Assembly (NCBI GenBank): GCA_044892525.1
Contig: CM097885.1
Location: 8,310,001-8,374,000, forward strand
Reading direction: 5' to 3'
Source: Schmidtea polychroa
Taxonomy: Eukaryota
Length of the DNA: 64,000 nt
The notes under the pieces were generated by a model. It saw only the letters and a program-made list of their open reading frames with translations, was not told where the DNA came from and ran no database searches. The translations under genes and the position numbers were made by a program. Shown one piece after another: positions 9,878 to 24,678 of this stretch; within the stretch, counting starts at the first letter, position 1, and the number at the start of each line of letters is the position of its first letter.

Positions 9878-10110
9878 TAGTAGTATATAAACCTTACACC
9901 CGATCCACAACTCCCTTTTTAAGAGCTTCCCTTCCATAATTCAACACAAGAGGGTGGTTGTTTTTGAAAATATAGGGTGAAAAGGATGAAAAGACTTGAA
10001 AAACCTGTTAGATTTTTATATAAAAGTGTAATTTTTAAAGGATGGAAAGGTATGCATTTGGTGATCTTTAAGGGGTGGGGGTGGTCGGGTGTAAGGTTTA
10101 TATACTACTA
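9878..10110. repeat. terminal inverted-repeat (fold-back) segment, 26-bp perfect arms
   Basis: TAGTAGTATATAAACCTTACACCCGA (9878-9903) is the exact reverse complement of 10085-10110; imperfect pairing continues ~20 bp inward. Confidence 0.9.
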
Positions 10111-10200
10111 GTTAAATTAAATATTTAATTTAATTAACTTATTTTAATTAATTTATTAAATAATAAAATATAAATTAAATAGGTTCACTATCATCGCTAG

Positions 10201-10328
10201 CAGGGCCGTCTTAAGAAATTCGGCCCCCGTGGGCTACTGGAAATAATTAACAGAATTAAATTTGCCGCCCTAACAGGCTTGCACCCTATCGCTATAGCCC
10301 ATTTAGCCCTGTGATTAGAGCGGCCCTG
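10201..10328. mobile_element. hAT-type MITE
   Basis: TIR CAGGGCCG.../...CGGCCCTG; 8-bp TSD ATCGCTAG/ATCGATAG. Confidence 0.85.
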
Positions 10329-11558
10329 ATCGATAGATAAGAAAAGCAAAAACTTCGTAGATTTTAAATCGATTATTTTAAAAAATTATAAAAATTTATG
10401 AAGCAAATAATTGTTTTTAAAATATTTTTAAAAAATGCAAAATAAATTTTAAAATTTTAAAATTTTTATAAAATTTAAGAATTTTTGTAATTTATAATTT
10501 TATTCATTTAACACAAAACACCACATGCACTCGTTTTAACATTATAATTATTTGAACACATTTAAAACACAAGTATTCACATCAGATTATACATTGATGA
10601 TGATTATTTTTCTAAGAGTTTCGGAAAGCATTAGGAGAGAGGATAGCCAGACGTTTTGCCCTTCATCCTTCCCATCAAGGATATTGTGAAGAAGCTACAG
10701 CATTTATTCTGAACACAAACGTAACTGTTAGTTCAAACAATATCGAAAGTGAGCCAGGCATATGAGCAACGTCTTCATATGAAAGACCTTCAAAACATCA
10801 TTAAATTCTGAAAGTCCAAAGTTCTAATGTAGATTATTTAATATCAAAGCGACTATTCCAGCAGATTTTTGACAAGATGGAAATTTCGCTGGATAATAAA
10901 GCGAAACTGATTCGTTGAATAAAGAATAGTAATATTGTCTGCAATATTCAGAAGGCAATTGGTATACCTGATGGATGTACATGGCACTAGATGACAATGA
11001 CCTTGACAATGACCTTGACAGAGAACCCTGCCCAAGAATAGAAATTACAGCCGAGTACTCTGATTTCTTGTATTCTCTGATAAACAAATAAATAAATAAC
11101 AAAACAAATCCTACCAATCAAAGTTTCAAGCGCAACAAATAATAATTAATTCCAGCAGCTGGCGAGTGTCTAGCGGAATTTGAATGAATTCAACTAAGCT
11201 CCAGCGAACGGCAGGAGTATTCTTTGTATTTTCAATCTCATCACCTTTCTGTTTCGGTATTCATTAGACTTTGCACAATGAAGTAGTAACCACCTTTATT
11301 AATTTTCCCGATTCTTTCCTTCTTCTTTTTGAACCCTTCTTAAATACATCTCTTTCAATCCGTTTAATATTTATCTGTTTTTCTTAAACTTAAGTTTTTC
11401 GTCTCTATCTGAAGCAAAGTGCCAATTTTTGACCAATTTAATTTCATTTATTTAGTAAAATAATTTATTTAATTAATGACTGTTTGACAATCACTTAACA
11501 ATTTTTTCTTTCGGCTTTCTTACATGTTTATATCATAAAAAAATGAGCTTTCCTTACA

Positions 11559-11756
<198 letters not shown>

Positions 11757-13157
11757 TACTGTTTACTGTTGTAAGTAGATTAATAAAGTTTAATAAACTA
11801 AATAAGTTTAAACAAAATTAATAAATAAATGAAATTATAAAATGTTTGCAAATATCAAAAAGAAAGAATTTCAGTAAAAATGTTCCTACCAAAATTATTC
11901 TATAAAGGCTTTAGAATTCGAAATTTGATGTTTTGATTTGTCAACTGGATTATTATAATGGGAAAATGTGATTTTTGTATGAAATATTCCTTTCCTATTT
12001 GAACAATGGGATCTTGTCACCCCTTGTAAGATGCGCAGTTTCAAGTATTAGTTTGTCTCCATACAATTTTCACATCATTCGCTAATGTATACGTCGGTGG
12101 TTAAAATATTATTTCAAAGTTTTAATTTAATTGTAATGTTTAAAGCTTTCCTCATCAGATTTAGGAATATATATAGAGCCCCATCAAACCCCTTCTCCTT
12201 GGAGACAATTTGGAATATCTGAATTAATAGAGGATCTTTATTCATTTAAACAAAAATAATAAAGTGAAAAATAGTTATATTTTATTTCTTATTAACTTTG
12301 CTCAATTATGTGAAAAGGGCGGCGTCAGTTACTGGCGCAGATGCAAATATGTATATTATAAACACGAGCTATTTAATAAAAATACTGATGGCAATTCAGT
12401 GAGATTGAGTTGATACCGTAAAGTTCACCACCATGCTTCCCAATTGAGCTCAGATTCTTGTGAGGAGTGGTTAATCCACTTTGGTTGTAAGTTTTAGTCG
12501 GTCCCACCCATTTTTATTAGTGTCTGTTATTATAACATTTCCGAGGGCATTATTTTCTCGTACTCTATCTTTCTCTCTCGCGAGAATAATTATGAAATAT
12601 ACTCATAAACTAACTGGATCCGCCCTATTGAGCATTTGCTTGATGCCTGATGCGAAACGAGAAAACGTATAGAAAATTACGGTGAAACAAAAGGCAAATC
12701 ATAACTATATCAAATTTTCCCAATGAGATTTTGTTGATTTATTCACTCGCGATTTCAACGATATTCTTGTTATCTTTGAAGAGTGGAGAAAAGATAGCGA
12801 AAAATAAATCCCGTCAAATGTTTATTGAAAACGAAACGGATTTTTTACTGTTGCAAAAGTGAATTTAACAGAAAATTAATTAAATAAATATTTATTAGAG
12901 GGCTCGGTTCATTAGGAATTGAGCGTATCATCTTTATGGATGCTCTGGAATGCTATGAAGGAGAGCGGGAATTCTGTATATCAGCATTGCCCATGATATT
13001 GCCCTCTTGGTGTATTTTCATTCTCACTACCTTCTGCCTTTATTCCCTTTTCTCTTTTCATTATAGAATATCCCGATATTATCAATTATCTCTATTTAAT
13101 ATGAATTACAATTTAATTACTATATAAACATGGAAAACAATATTATTAATAATAGTC

Positions 13158-13524
<367 letters not shown>

Positions 13525-15226
13525 ACATAAAATAAAACATTTTCTAAACTAAATTGAATGAATTATATGTTTTATATTTTAATAATAATAAATAAAATAT
13601 ATTAAGTACCCTCTTTTTTTTCAATGTCATCAGTAAGCCAAACTTCAGCTCCCCAAGGCTGTTATAAACTACCAAACGCTAAGTCTGTTCTCAGTTTATA
13701 CAGGGTGATTTCAACAGGCTTGGCCATCGATTGGTCTATGTCATAGGAAATAGGATAATAACATAAATTTCAATTCATTAATTTAAGTTTGAACAAGTAT
13801 TTTAACATTTCCGGGCCCCAGTGCAGCATATCATCTGTTTCCTCTCTCATCTGCCTTGAATATTCTTTGCATTCTTTTAATAACGATCAGAAATAGTGTA
13901 AGTAACTAATACCAAAATTAAACTGATTTTACAAGATTGACCATGAGATTCATGTTAATGTTTTCTTTATGAATGTCTTGCCATAGGATGGCACTCACAT
14001 TTATTGTTACCGCACATTTTATTAATTGGCACTATGAAACATTGTTTATAAAAAGACATCTGTATGAGATAGTGAAGAGAGATGATTTATGCACTGAAAC
14101 TATGTACAATAAAAGACAAACAATTTATTTAATAAATATCATGTCTACTTTCTTATATAATTTATTATTTCAATTATTTATTTTTATTTGTGAAAATAAT
14201 TTACGTTGTATGATTACTCAATTATAATTGGCCAGAAACAATAGCACTCACGCATTAACAACCAATTAAAAATGATGCATTCAAAGTACTCATCTGAACT
14301 TTAAAATACAATTAAATATAATCCAGGGTTTTCCAGTAGACGGTTTGTTGGGTTTATGGGTCCACAGAACTACTCAGAGCAATTATAGAGGTAAATACCA
14401 TGATAGTGAGAATAATGTGGCTTAAATCTAATAAGGAGTTCAAGTTGGTGTAAAGCAATGAAACGCATTACAGAATATGATCCTTCCTTGTGTTAGATTC
14501 CTTGAGCAGCAGGATGCTACAGAGACACAGAACTTTATTCTTGGTCCGCGCTATCAGAGAAAAGAATTTGAAACCTTCAACTTTTAAAACTATCCAAATT
14601 ATTACTAAGTTCTGATCATCAACGATAACATTACGTATAGGATTCTCAGAAACCCATATAAATATAATAACACCTATAATATATATATATATATCAAAAT
14701 TTATGAGAGTTAATTAAATTGATAGTAAAAATAAAATAAAATAAAATATTTCTATTCTCAAATCAGCATGAAACTCCATGACAACTCCTAAAATTCATTA
14801 TTTAGGGCAGCAACCCGCTGCTGTAATGCTGTTATGGAGGTTATGCAATGAACCATTCACCTCTATATTCACCTCTTCAGTTCATCTAGACCCCTACAAA
14901 TTTCCTTCATTGACTTAAAAATCTCAAAAATTTCCCTAGAAACAACATCAAATTTATTACCAATTCATTTTATACTTAATAGAACTCCTATTTCTATTTT
15001 CAATATTATTCAATTCTCGTATTCCATTAAGCGTTGTCATGGAGATTATGACCCTTATTCTTGGACCCTTTACTTGGAATCAGACTAAATTGGTCATATT
15101 TCCTTAGCAAATAAATTTCTTAAAAAATGTATATTTTATTTATTTGAATAATAAGGACGGTAATCGTTCTGAAACGAGGCCTGTCCATGACAACACTCTA
15201 AAGGCCTACCGAAATTATCACATTTC

Positions 15227-16439
<1,213 letters not shown>

Positions 16440-17067
16440 AAAAAAAGTCATAAAAAACAGATGTGCACATTTTTTTATTTTAAATGAATTAAATAATAAT
16501 CGTGATAAATAGATAATTGCACTATTGAGATTCTCCATCATTTAATCAAATGTCTTTTCTTTGTTAATGGCAAATGAATTCATGACTCGGTTGCTTTTTA
16601 TCTCTGCGTACGTCAATGACTCACGTTGACTCGCAATGCGAGTCAGTAATGACATGTTTAATCGCTCGGTTTCAAGTTCTTATCAAACTCACGATTCCTT
16701 CAACAAAGCTTCGATGTTGAGACTCCCAGGTGAAGCAGGCTAGATAATCGATAATATATATCAACGAGAGATAGTTATAAATATAATCTATTATTACATG
16801 GTATTACTAATTATAACGAGCACACCACATTTGCTTTGCACATCAACCCAACTAAACATCATCGCGAGTCAGACTGTTAGCGATTGCCATCTTTAGTGCT
16901 GGATATTGACGAAAACGAAGCGATTGAACATCGAGCAATGCATATTGTGAGACTTATCATATTATATTCGATGAGTAATTGACGCGAGATTTCAGCGAGA
17001 GGAAGTGAATACAGCAGATTTGCGTTCGCAAATGCACAAGCACTCTGCATACAGCCCGAGATATGCG

Positions 17068-17072
<5 letters not shown>

Positions 17073-17132
<60 letters not shown>
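17073..17132. repeat. (TA)n microsatellite
   Basis: Direct reading. Confidence 0.95.
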
Positions 17133-17135
<3 letters not shown>

Positions 17136-17460
17136 CACACACATACACATATAATTGACGAGATACATTTATGTTTAATTATAAACATGAAGTTCAAATA
17201 CCACAGCATCATTTATTACATGTTTCCAGTTCGGCAATACTTGTGACGAGTTCTAACTTATGTTCGCTCAACATGCATGAGGAAGCAGTGACCAAAATTG
17301 TTCATTAGGCGAGCATAACGCTGCAAATGATTTGTTTCGCTATTAAAATGTTTACATTGTTTGTAAACATTTTCATAGTTTCTAGAGAAATTTATTGTAT
17401 TATATGCTATACAGTTCGTTGCTCTTAGTTCTGTTGTTATTATTTATCGATCCGTATAGA

Positions 17461-17572
<112 letters not shown>

Positions 17573-18069
17573 TATTATTTATTAGAGTCAGTTGATTTGT
17601 TTGAATATAATTAAAAAAATTTTATTTTTAATTAAATTTAGAAATAAGTATTATAAAATAATTCATTTTATTCAGAGTTTTTAGGGAAAATATTTTAGTA
17701 ACTTGAAGCTGCTAATGCCACACTGAGGAACTTATATTTGATTATGTCTTAGTTGGGACAAGACTTCGATCCCTTCAAGAGCATCCTTTATTTGGGTTTC
17801 ATCCTAGAAGTATGAGGTCAAAGTGATGTCCTGCTATAGAAGATGTATACATTTTCTACAGTTATTTACAGTAAATGTCTTGCGTTGATGACTTGATCAA
17901 CTCATCATATTGTCTGATTAGTGAAATAAATCAACCCCCCCCATAACTTTAAATGTTTCAATAACCGTAGATAGAATACATTTTTTGAAGAGTTTCGTAA
18001 ATTTTCACTCGGGGGCCGACTTCATTATGTAAAAAATATAAACAAGTTATTTATATATATATATATATA

Positions 18070-18600
18070 TACCCAATTCCGAAATTTAATAACTGCTATA
18101 ATCAAAAAAAATCAATAAATTTATAGTATAGGAACACACAAACTTACCTGTGTGTAGAAATTTATTGTTCCGAAATTTAATAACTTTATTATGGGATTTG
18201 TGAAGGTGAGAGAAAAATAATTGAACACACCAACACAAAATCCATAATGTAAAATGCATGCAAATTTCTTATATAGTTTTTTGTTCCGAAATAAATAACC
18301 GTTAACATATTTTTAACATATTGTTAAAATATAATTATTTTTAAATTATTAAGAAACGCAAGAAAGAAAGCAATATCTTTTGATTTACAGAAAGAAATTC
18401 GCACATCGTAAATTTAAATAAATTATTTTAATAGATTAATATTTTCATAGATATACAGAAAATGACAAAATTCGGCTTATTAATGACTTTCAGAATGGGG
18501 ACAATTACCAAGAATTTGGAAGATTATTAGGAATGACCAAATCTTTAAAGCAATCATTTATAAATATTAAAAATATGGGTCCATCGAAAATGAGCTGGAG
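18070..18600 (+). mobile_element. Tc1/mariner-like element, left-end remnant
   Basis: Follows a TA run; repeated TTCCGAAATTTAATAACT; homologous in inverted orientation to ~58900-59147; HTH-like YTENDKIRLINDFQNG...GRLLGM. Confidence 0.55.
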
Positions 18601-18719
18601 AAAGATTATAAAAATTTAAAAAACTATTTCATCCTAATTGCATTAAAAAAATTAATGTCTTCGGTAATTAGTTTATTTATTTAGTTAAAAATATATCTAA
18701 CTTACATTTTATTGAAATA

Positions 18720-19780
18720 ATTCCAAATAACTGGAATTGTTACAAGAATCCGCAAAGCCGCCTAAGGATTTGGCACTGTGCTTTTCAATTTATTGTCATT
18801 TATATAGTTCAAAGATTTGAAAGGGTCATTTGCATCATTTGGATTTAACTGTGACAATGTTTCGATTTCCTCACACAATTCAATCCCATGCATATATCCA
18901 GGGGCGCTCCAAAACCATTTGCAAAAAAAAATTCATTTTGTAAAATAAAAAAAATTACGACTATTTTGTCATTGAATGCTCATTAAGCTTAATTTGTATA
19001 TACCTGTTATTATCTTGTCAAAGTCATTTAGTGTTTTAATTTTTGAACCAAATCAACATTTCAAGTTTTAAAATTTATAAAAAACAATAAAAAGATTTTT
19101 ATTTAAAAAATTAGAGATATACATTACGATTTTTTAGATTAGAAAGCAGGATTAAATTATAGAATTTGGTAAATATAATGCGATGTTTGCTATATTTTTG
19201 TTAACAAATATTGTTATGATGTACGTTAGATATGCTCCAGGAACGTTTTGCAATTGAACATGAAATCCTAGATAATTTAGATATGCATGACTTAATTTCA
19301 CAATTTGCTTTGAACAAAGCAAGAAAGGTCTCTTTTTGTGAGTAGGAAACTATTAATTTCATAAACTTTCTATTTTTTGTGTGTACTAAACTATAACATT
19401 CCTAAACCTCTCTGTTTTGTGATAAATAAACTATAATTTTCATGAACTATTGCATGTGATATGAATGTTATTCCGTAGTTAGTTTAATTTTTACTTTAAT
19501 TAAAATGCTATTTTTATTTTGGATTATTGAAATTTTTTTTAAGAAAGGACGGGGAACGACAGGAAATTATTTTGCACGCAGGCGGCCTAATAGCTCGGTG
19601 CGCCTCTCCATATCTCTGCTTGTCTCGTCAGCTAATCTTACATGTAAGCCTTTGCAATTCTTCATCAGCTCATTACGATTTGTATTATTTTTAATATTGA
19701 ACAGAAAGACTCTTTGAAATCTTCCGTTTGTTGAAACCTTTTGGATATAGACACCAACGACTGCAGCATACCATTAAAAA
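18720..19780 (-). pseudogene. old hAT transposase C-terminal fragment, split by the MITE at 18899-19608
   Basis: Flanks join to ...DETSRDMHGIELCEEIETLSQL...ALRILVTIPV. Confidence 0.6.
18899..19608 (+). mobile_element. non-autonomous deletion derivative of the adjacent hAT element
   Basis: Both ends match the 19884-23713 element in opposite orientation; retains DMHDLISQFALNKARK coding; TSD CATATATC/CATATCTC. Confidence 0.85.
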
Positions 19781-19883
19781 CGTGATTTTTGTAGTATTTG
19801 TAATATTAATACTGTATAAAAAAATAGATATACAGTGAGCAAATATTTCATTATATTGGTGAGCACAATAAGGGCTGTGAGAG

Positions 19884-22800
19884 CAGGGGCGCGCCGAGCT
19901 GTTAGGCCGCTTGAGTGCAAAATAATTTCCCGCCGCTCTTCATCCTTGCTGCAAAAATGTTTCTATAATCCAAAATAAAAATAACATTTAATTAAAGTAA
20001 AAATTAAACTAACTATGGAAGAACACACATATCACATGCAATAGTTTATGAAAATTATAGTTTATTAATCACAAAACAGATAAGTTTAGGAAAGTTATAG
20101 TTTAGTACACACAAACAATAGAAAGTTTATGAAATTAATAGTTTACTACTCATACAAAAGTGACTTTTCTTGCCTTGTTCAAAGCAAATTGTGAAATTAA
20201 GTCATGCATATCTAAATTACCTAGGATTTCATGTTCTATTGAAATTATTGATATATTACTTAAACGTTCCTGGAGCATAGTTGATCGTAAATAATTTTTA
20301 ATTATCTTCAATTTTGAAAACGATCTTTCACCTGTTGCAACTGAGATTGGTAATGGTAATAGAATTCTGGTCACAATAAATATATTTGGGAATGTTGCCT
20401 GAAGATCATTTTGTAAAATATATAATAATATAGATTGAGGTTTAATATCTTTTTCTTTTAAAAATACCTTTATAGTTTTTATCTCTTCGAATAAATCAAT
20501 TCCATTAATATCGGACTCATTTCTTTGTTCGTCAGTTAATTTTAAATGTAAATCTTTGCAGCTTTTCAAAAGTATTTCTTCTGTTATATCTTTAATATTA
20601 TACATAAATCCAAATACATCTCCTTGACTAACTCTAAAGCCTTCAATCTAACTTCTACAGTGGATATTGAGGAACCTGAAAATCGCCTTTCATGAACATA
20701 TTCAACTAATTTTTTCTCCACGTCAGGAAAAAATAATTTCCTCCCTCTGCCAGGGGCCTTTGTAGAGGATCTGCACTCTTTTAAAGTATTTTTATTATTT
20801 CTCCAATGCCTTACATTAGCTTCACTGAGTCCATATTCTCTAGATGCTCCTCTATTTCCGATACGTTCGGCTGCTTCAATTACCTTCAATTTGAAACCTG
20901 TCGTATAACTGCAGCGTTTAGAAGACATTATAGGGAAATAAAAATTTAAATTTAAGTAACTGAAATTTTAATTTTAAACAAAAAATAAATTTAATGTAAT
21001 ATAAATTTAATGTAATATAAATTTAATGTAATAATTATACATGCGTCTTATATTTGGGTTACTTATATTTTCTTGAATTCAGTCAATTTTTAATGATGCG
21101 TCTTATATTGGATGCGTCTTATATTCGGATAATTACGGTATATCATTATACGATTTTAACGCTTCGAATCTTGTTGTAATTGATACTAATGCTTGGTCGA
21201 TAATGCAGATATAAAAGTTAATTTTAAAATTTGTTTTTGGATCTAATATTCGTTCATCCTTGCCTTCATAATCAAAATTTGTTGTTTTTCTTCTTATTCT
21301 TAAACTTGAAACTTCTGGAAATTTAGGTTCTACGTGTAATTTTTCGGCTAATTCACTAGCTGATGTAAGCATTTTTTCAAATCCATTATCATTACGACAA
21401 TATTTAAAAAACTCTATTAAATCATCTAACGCGGTAACGCTTCTATTGATATGGGTGTTTGGGTTCTGTAATATTTGACTAACAACATTAATTTTCATCA
21501 AAATTTCATGCCAAATAACAATGGAACATAAATATCGATAACTTGATATTTTTAGTGAAAGAGAATTTGCCACATGTCTGGTTTTAAAGTCAATCAATTG
21601 ATCATTTGATATTTCAAGAAGAGATTTATAAATTTGTTCAGTATGATACCTTAGTGGTTGTATGGCATCAATTCTACTTGACCACCTTGTATCGCTCAGG
21701 AGTTTTAATTTTAAATTCGGTAAATATTTTACTATTATCGCCCATCTTTTAATTGACGCCGAAAAAACTACATATATTTCTTGTACTAAATCAAAAAATG
21801 TTACTGTTTTCATGTGAAATATGTGCCGCATCATTAACAACTAAATTTAAGCTATGAGCAGAACATGGTACAAAAATTGCTCGCGGGTTGATATTTAAAA
21901 TTCTTTTTTGTAAGCCATTATGCTTTCCTCGCATATTGGCACCATTGTCATATCCCTGTCCACGCATATTATGAATATTTAAATTTAGATTTGAAAGTCT
22001 TTTGAAACAAATTCGGTTAACCCCTCGCCGGTAGTATTTGTTATTTGATAGAAACCCAAAAAATGTTCACGTATTTCAATTTTTTTTGATTCCAAATTCA
22101 CAATTCTTATTACAATAGTTAATTGCTCAGTATGACTAACATCTGGTGTGCAATCTAATATAATTGAAAAATATTTTGCTTTTCTAATTAAATCTAATAT
22201 AGCGTTTTTAATACTTGTGCTAATAATATTGATAATTTCGTTTTGTATTTTATCCCCCAAATAATGAGGCATATATTTCAAATTGTTTCGAGACTTTTCA
22301 ATCCGTTGTACATGCTCTTGCATAATAGGGTCAAATCTGGCAACCATTTCTACTGCTTTCAAAAAGTTTCCATTGTTATTTGCATATAATTGATTTGACT
22401 TTCCTCTTATGGCAAGGCATTACCTAGAAAGATATTGAATAATAGATATTATTCGTTGAATTACTTCATACCAATACTTTCGTTCGGCTTTAAATAGTCT
22501 TTGGTTCGCACTATCAACTGTAGTATTATTTTTTAATGATTTATTTAACAATATCCATTTTTTTATATTTTCATTATGAAACTGACTTTTTTCGTGTCGA
22601 GACAAAGTTAACGATAAATGTTGCCAATCAGAAAAACCAGATGAATCGGATAGACTGCTTTTATCACTGAAATCAAATATCCTACAGCAAAAACAATACA
22701 CAGAATTTTTAGTAATTGAATACACAAGCCATTCGCGTTGTGTTTCTTCTCCGTTCGGCAATTGTCTTAAATAATACTTTTTTGAAAATTTACGCCCACT

Positions 22801-23713
22801 TGACAATGGAAATTCGAAATTTTTTATTTGAATCGGTCCTCTTTCAACAAGGTTACGTGCGGTAATACTTGATATATTATTTGCCCACATACCTGGATCG
22901 TCCAATATTATATTTGCTTCACAATTTTCGTCAGATGAATTTCCAACAGATGAATTTTCAGACCGAATTTCTGTAAAAATTTCATATTCATTCTCATCGC
23001 TATCGCTAGAACTTTTATTATCGTCAACAGATATGGTAACATTATTTTCTATTTCTATAGGTGTGCTTGACGACGCTGTTGGTGTATTTTCAAAATATTT
23101 TGAAAGCGAATTCTTCAAACTCTGCATTGATTTCAGTTTATTTAAACGCTGCTTTTTGTATTGTGCGCCAGATAAACGTTTTGTTTTTCTTCGGTCATAT
23201 CTAATGGTGCAAATAATACAAATAATAAATATCTAACGTACATCATAACACTTATGTTTAACAAAAATATAGAAAAAGTTGCATTATACTTACCAAATTC
23301 TATAATACAATCCTGCTTTCTAATCTAATATTATATATCTCTATTTTTTTTTAAAATAAAAATCTTATTGATTTTTATAAATTTAAAAACTGGAAATATT
23401 AATGTTGTTTTGAATCCAAAATTAAAACACTAAATGACTTTGACAACTTGTCAAAGTTATTTAGTGTAATAGTATTTGTCAATGACAAGCCAAGACAGAT
23501 ATATAAAAATTAATGGAGTGCGTTCAATGATACTACACAAACTGTGTGCGTTCAGTAACAAAATAGTCGAAACTTTTTTTTATTTTACAAAATGAAAAAA
23601 TGAATTTTACAAAATGAAATTGTTGTTTTTGCAAATGCATTTTTTAATTTGCCGCCTTTCAAACGCCGCCTGCGTGCCACGCACGCGTTGCACGCCCGCT
23701 TGGAGCGCCCCTG
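19884..23713 (-). mobile_element. full-length decayed hAT transposon (ZMYM1-like: TTF finger, DUF4371, dimerisation domain)
   Basis: TIR CAGGGGCGC/GCGCCCCTG; TSD TGTGAGAG/TGTAAGAG; motifs VYCFCC, LDCTPDVSHTEQ, DTRWSSR, ATGERSFSKL; frameshifts. Confidence 0.95.
20617..21138 (-). mobile_element. pogo-family (Brinker DBD + CENP-B HTH) 5' fragment inserted in the hAT transposase
   Basis: TA|CCGTAATTATCCGAATATAAGACGCA end; ORF SYTTGFKLKVIEAAE...NVRHWR; TA on both sides. Confidence 0.85.
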
Positions 23714-24555
23714 TGTAAGAGTATAATAGATATGTCTGATTTTAATTTTTTATTAAAAAATTTTATATAATTAATAATTAATCCAATTAATAAATCTATA
23801 ATTTCTTTAGTTATTATATCCTGCCTAATGATGAGAGGAAAACTGTCGAAATATATCGTGAAACGAATGTTTGATTGGCGCTTTCTTATAATTTGATGTT
23901 TCTTTACAGCTTTCAATTTAGTCATAAAAAAGGAAAACTCTCGTTATGATGTGTGGATATTTTACAATTGGGTTAACTTTGAAATAAAAAGCACAAAGGT
24001 CAGCCTGGGGCATTTGCCCCTTCTTTCACCTTTGAAATGTCTCATATCAGCTCCAGATTACCAGGTAATAGACAAGACATTTTTTGATATTTGTTTTCTA
24101 ACCTCGTCATACATATAATTAACAATGTCATGAATTGTTCCATTGAAATTAATTCCAAACAATGTACTGGACTTGTCTTTTCCAAACCTTCCAAATACAA
24201 CAATACTTGTAATAAATCCTCTAAATGCATCGGCTAATGTTATATTGATTGATTCGAAAATATTTTCATTGTCACTGTTGGCGTGGAAAATGCTAAATGC
24301 AAACATCAGTAAAATATTTTATTTTATTGGTCACCTTTGATCTATTTTCTTTCTTTTTATGATATTTCTTTTATTTTCATTTTTGTTTTTTTGGTCAGAA
24401 TGAAAATAAATGAAATATCTAAATTAATTAATTCTTCATTCTTAATGGAATTTTTCTTTGCTTTCCTTCAAATTCCCTTGCCAACGACTTGGATTTAATT
24501 TTACTCAAAATGTTAAGTTTAGTCAAACTTTTGCTTCATTAACATTGCTTAAATA

Positions 24556-24678
24556 TAGGGTTGACACATGTTGAGAGACTCAAAGTAGGACAGATCAATA
24601 ACCTACTACAGCAGTACGTAGGACAAATATCCAAATTGTAGGACTCTCCTACTGAAAGTAAGACGTGTGGCAACTCTA
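24556..24678. mobile_element. hAT MITE with TAG-type ends
   Basis: TAGGGTTGACACA/TGTGGCAACTCTA; perfect 8-bp TSD CTTAAATA. Confidence 0.85.

Larger units (their letters stand above)
1850..10110 (-). mobile_element. Polinton/Maverick (adintovirus-like) endogenous virus; left part cut off by the Gypsy insertion; no pPolB in the visible part
   Basis: Tightly packed intronless ORFs: MCP, PLA2-integrase, ATPase, protease, penton-like. Terminal ...TATATACTACT at 10109 matches the Polinton AGTAGT/ACTACT end. Confidence 0.92.

Noticed and set aside
9878..10110. Circle or concatemer junction of the virus
   Set aside because: A junction would read ACTACT|AGTAGT with ends abutting; here the ends enclose 233 bp.
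10560..11460. Coding-like decayed sequence on the minus strand
   Set aside because: Many stops and no motif I can assign.
24042..24306. Possible P-loop GTPase fragment (VVFGRFGKDKSSTLFGINF)
   Set aside because: Walker A is broken and there are no supporting motifs or exons.
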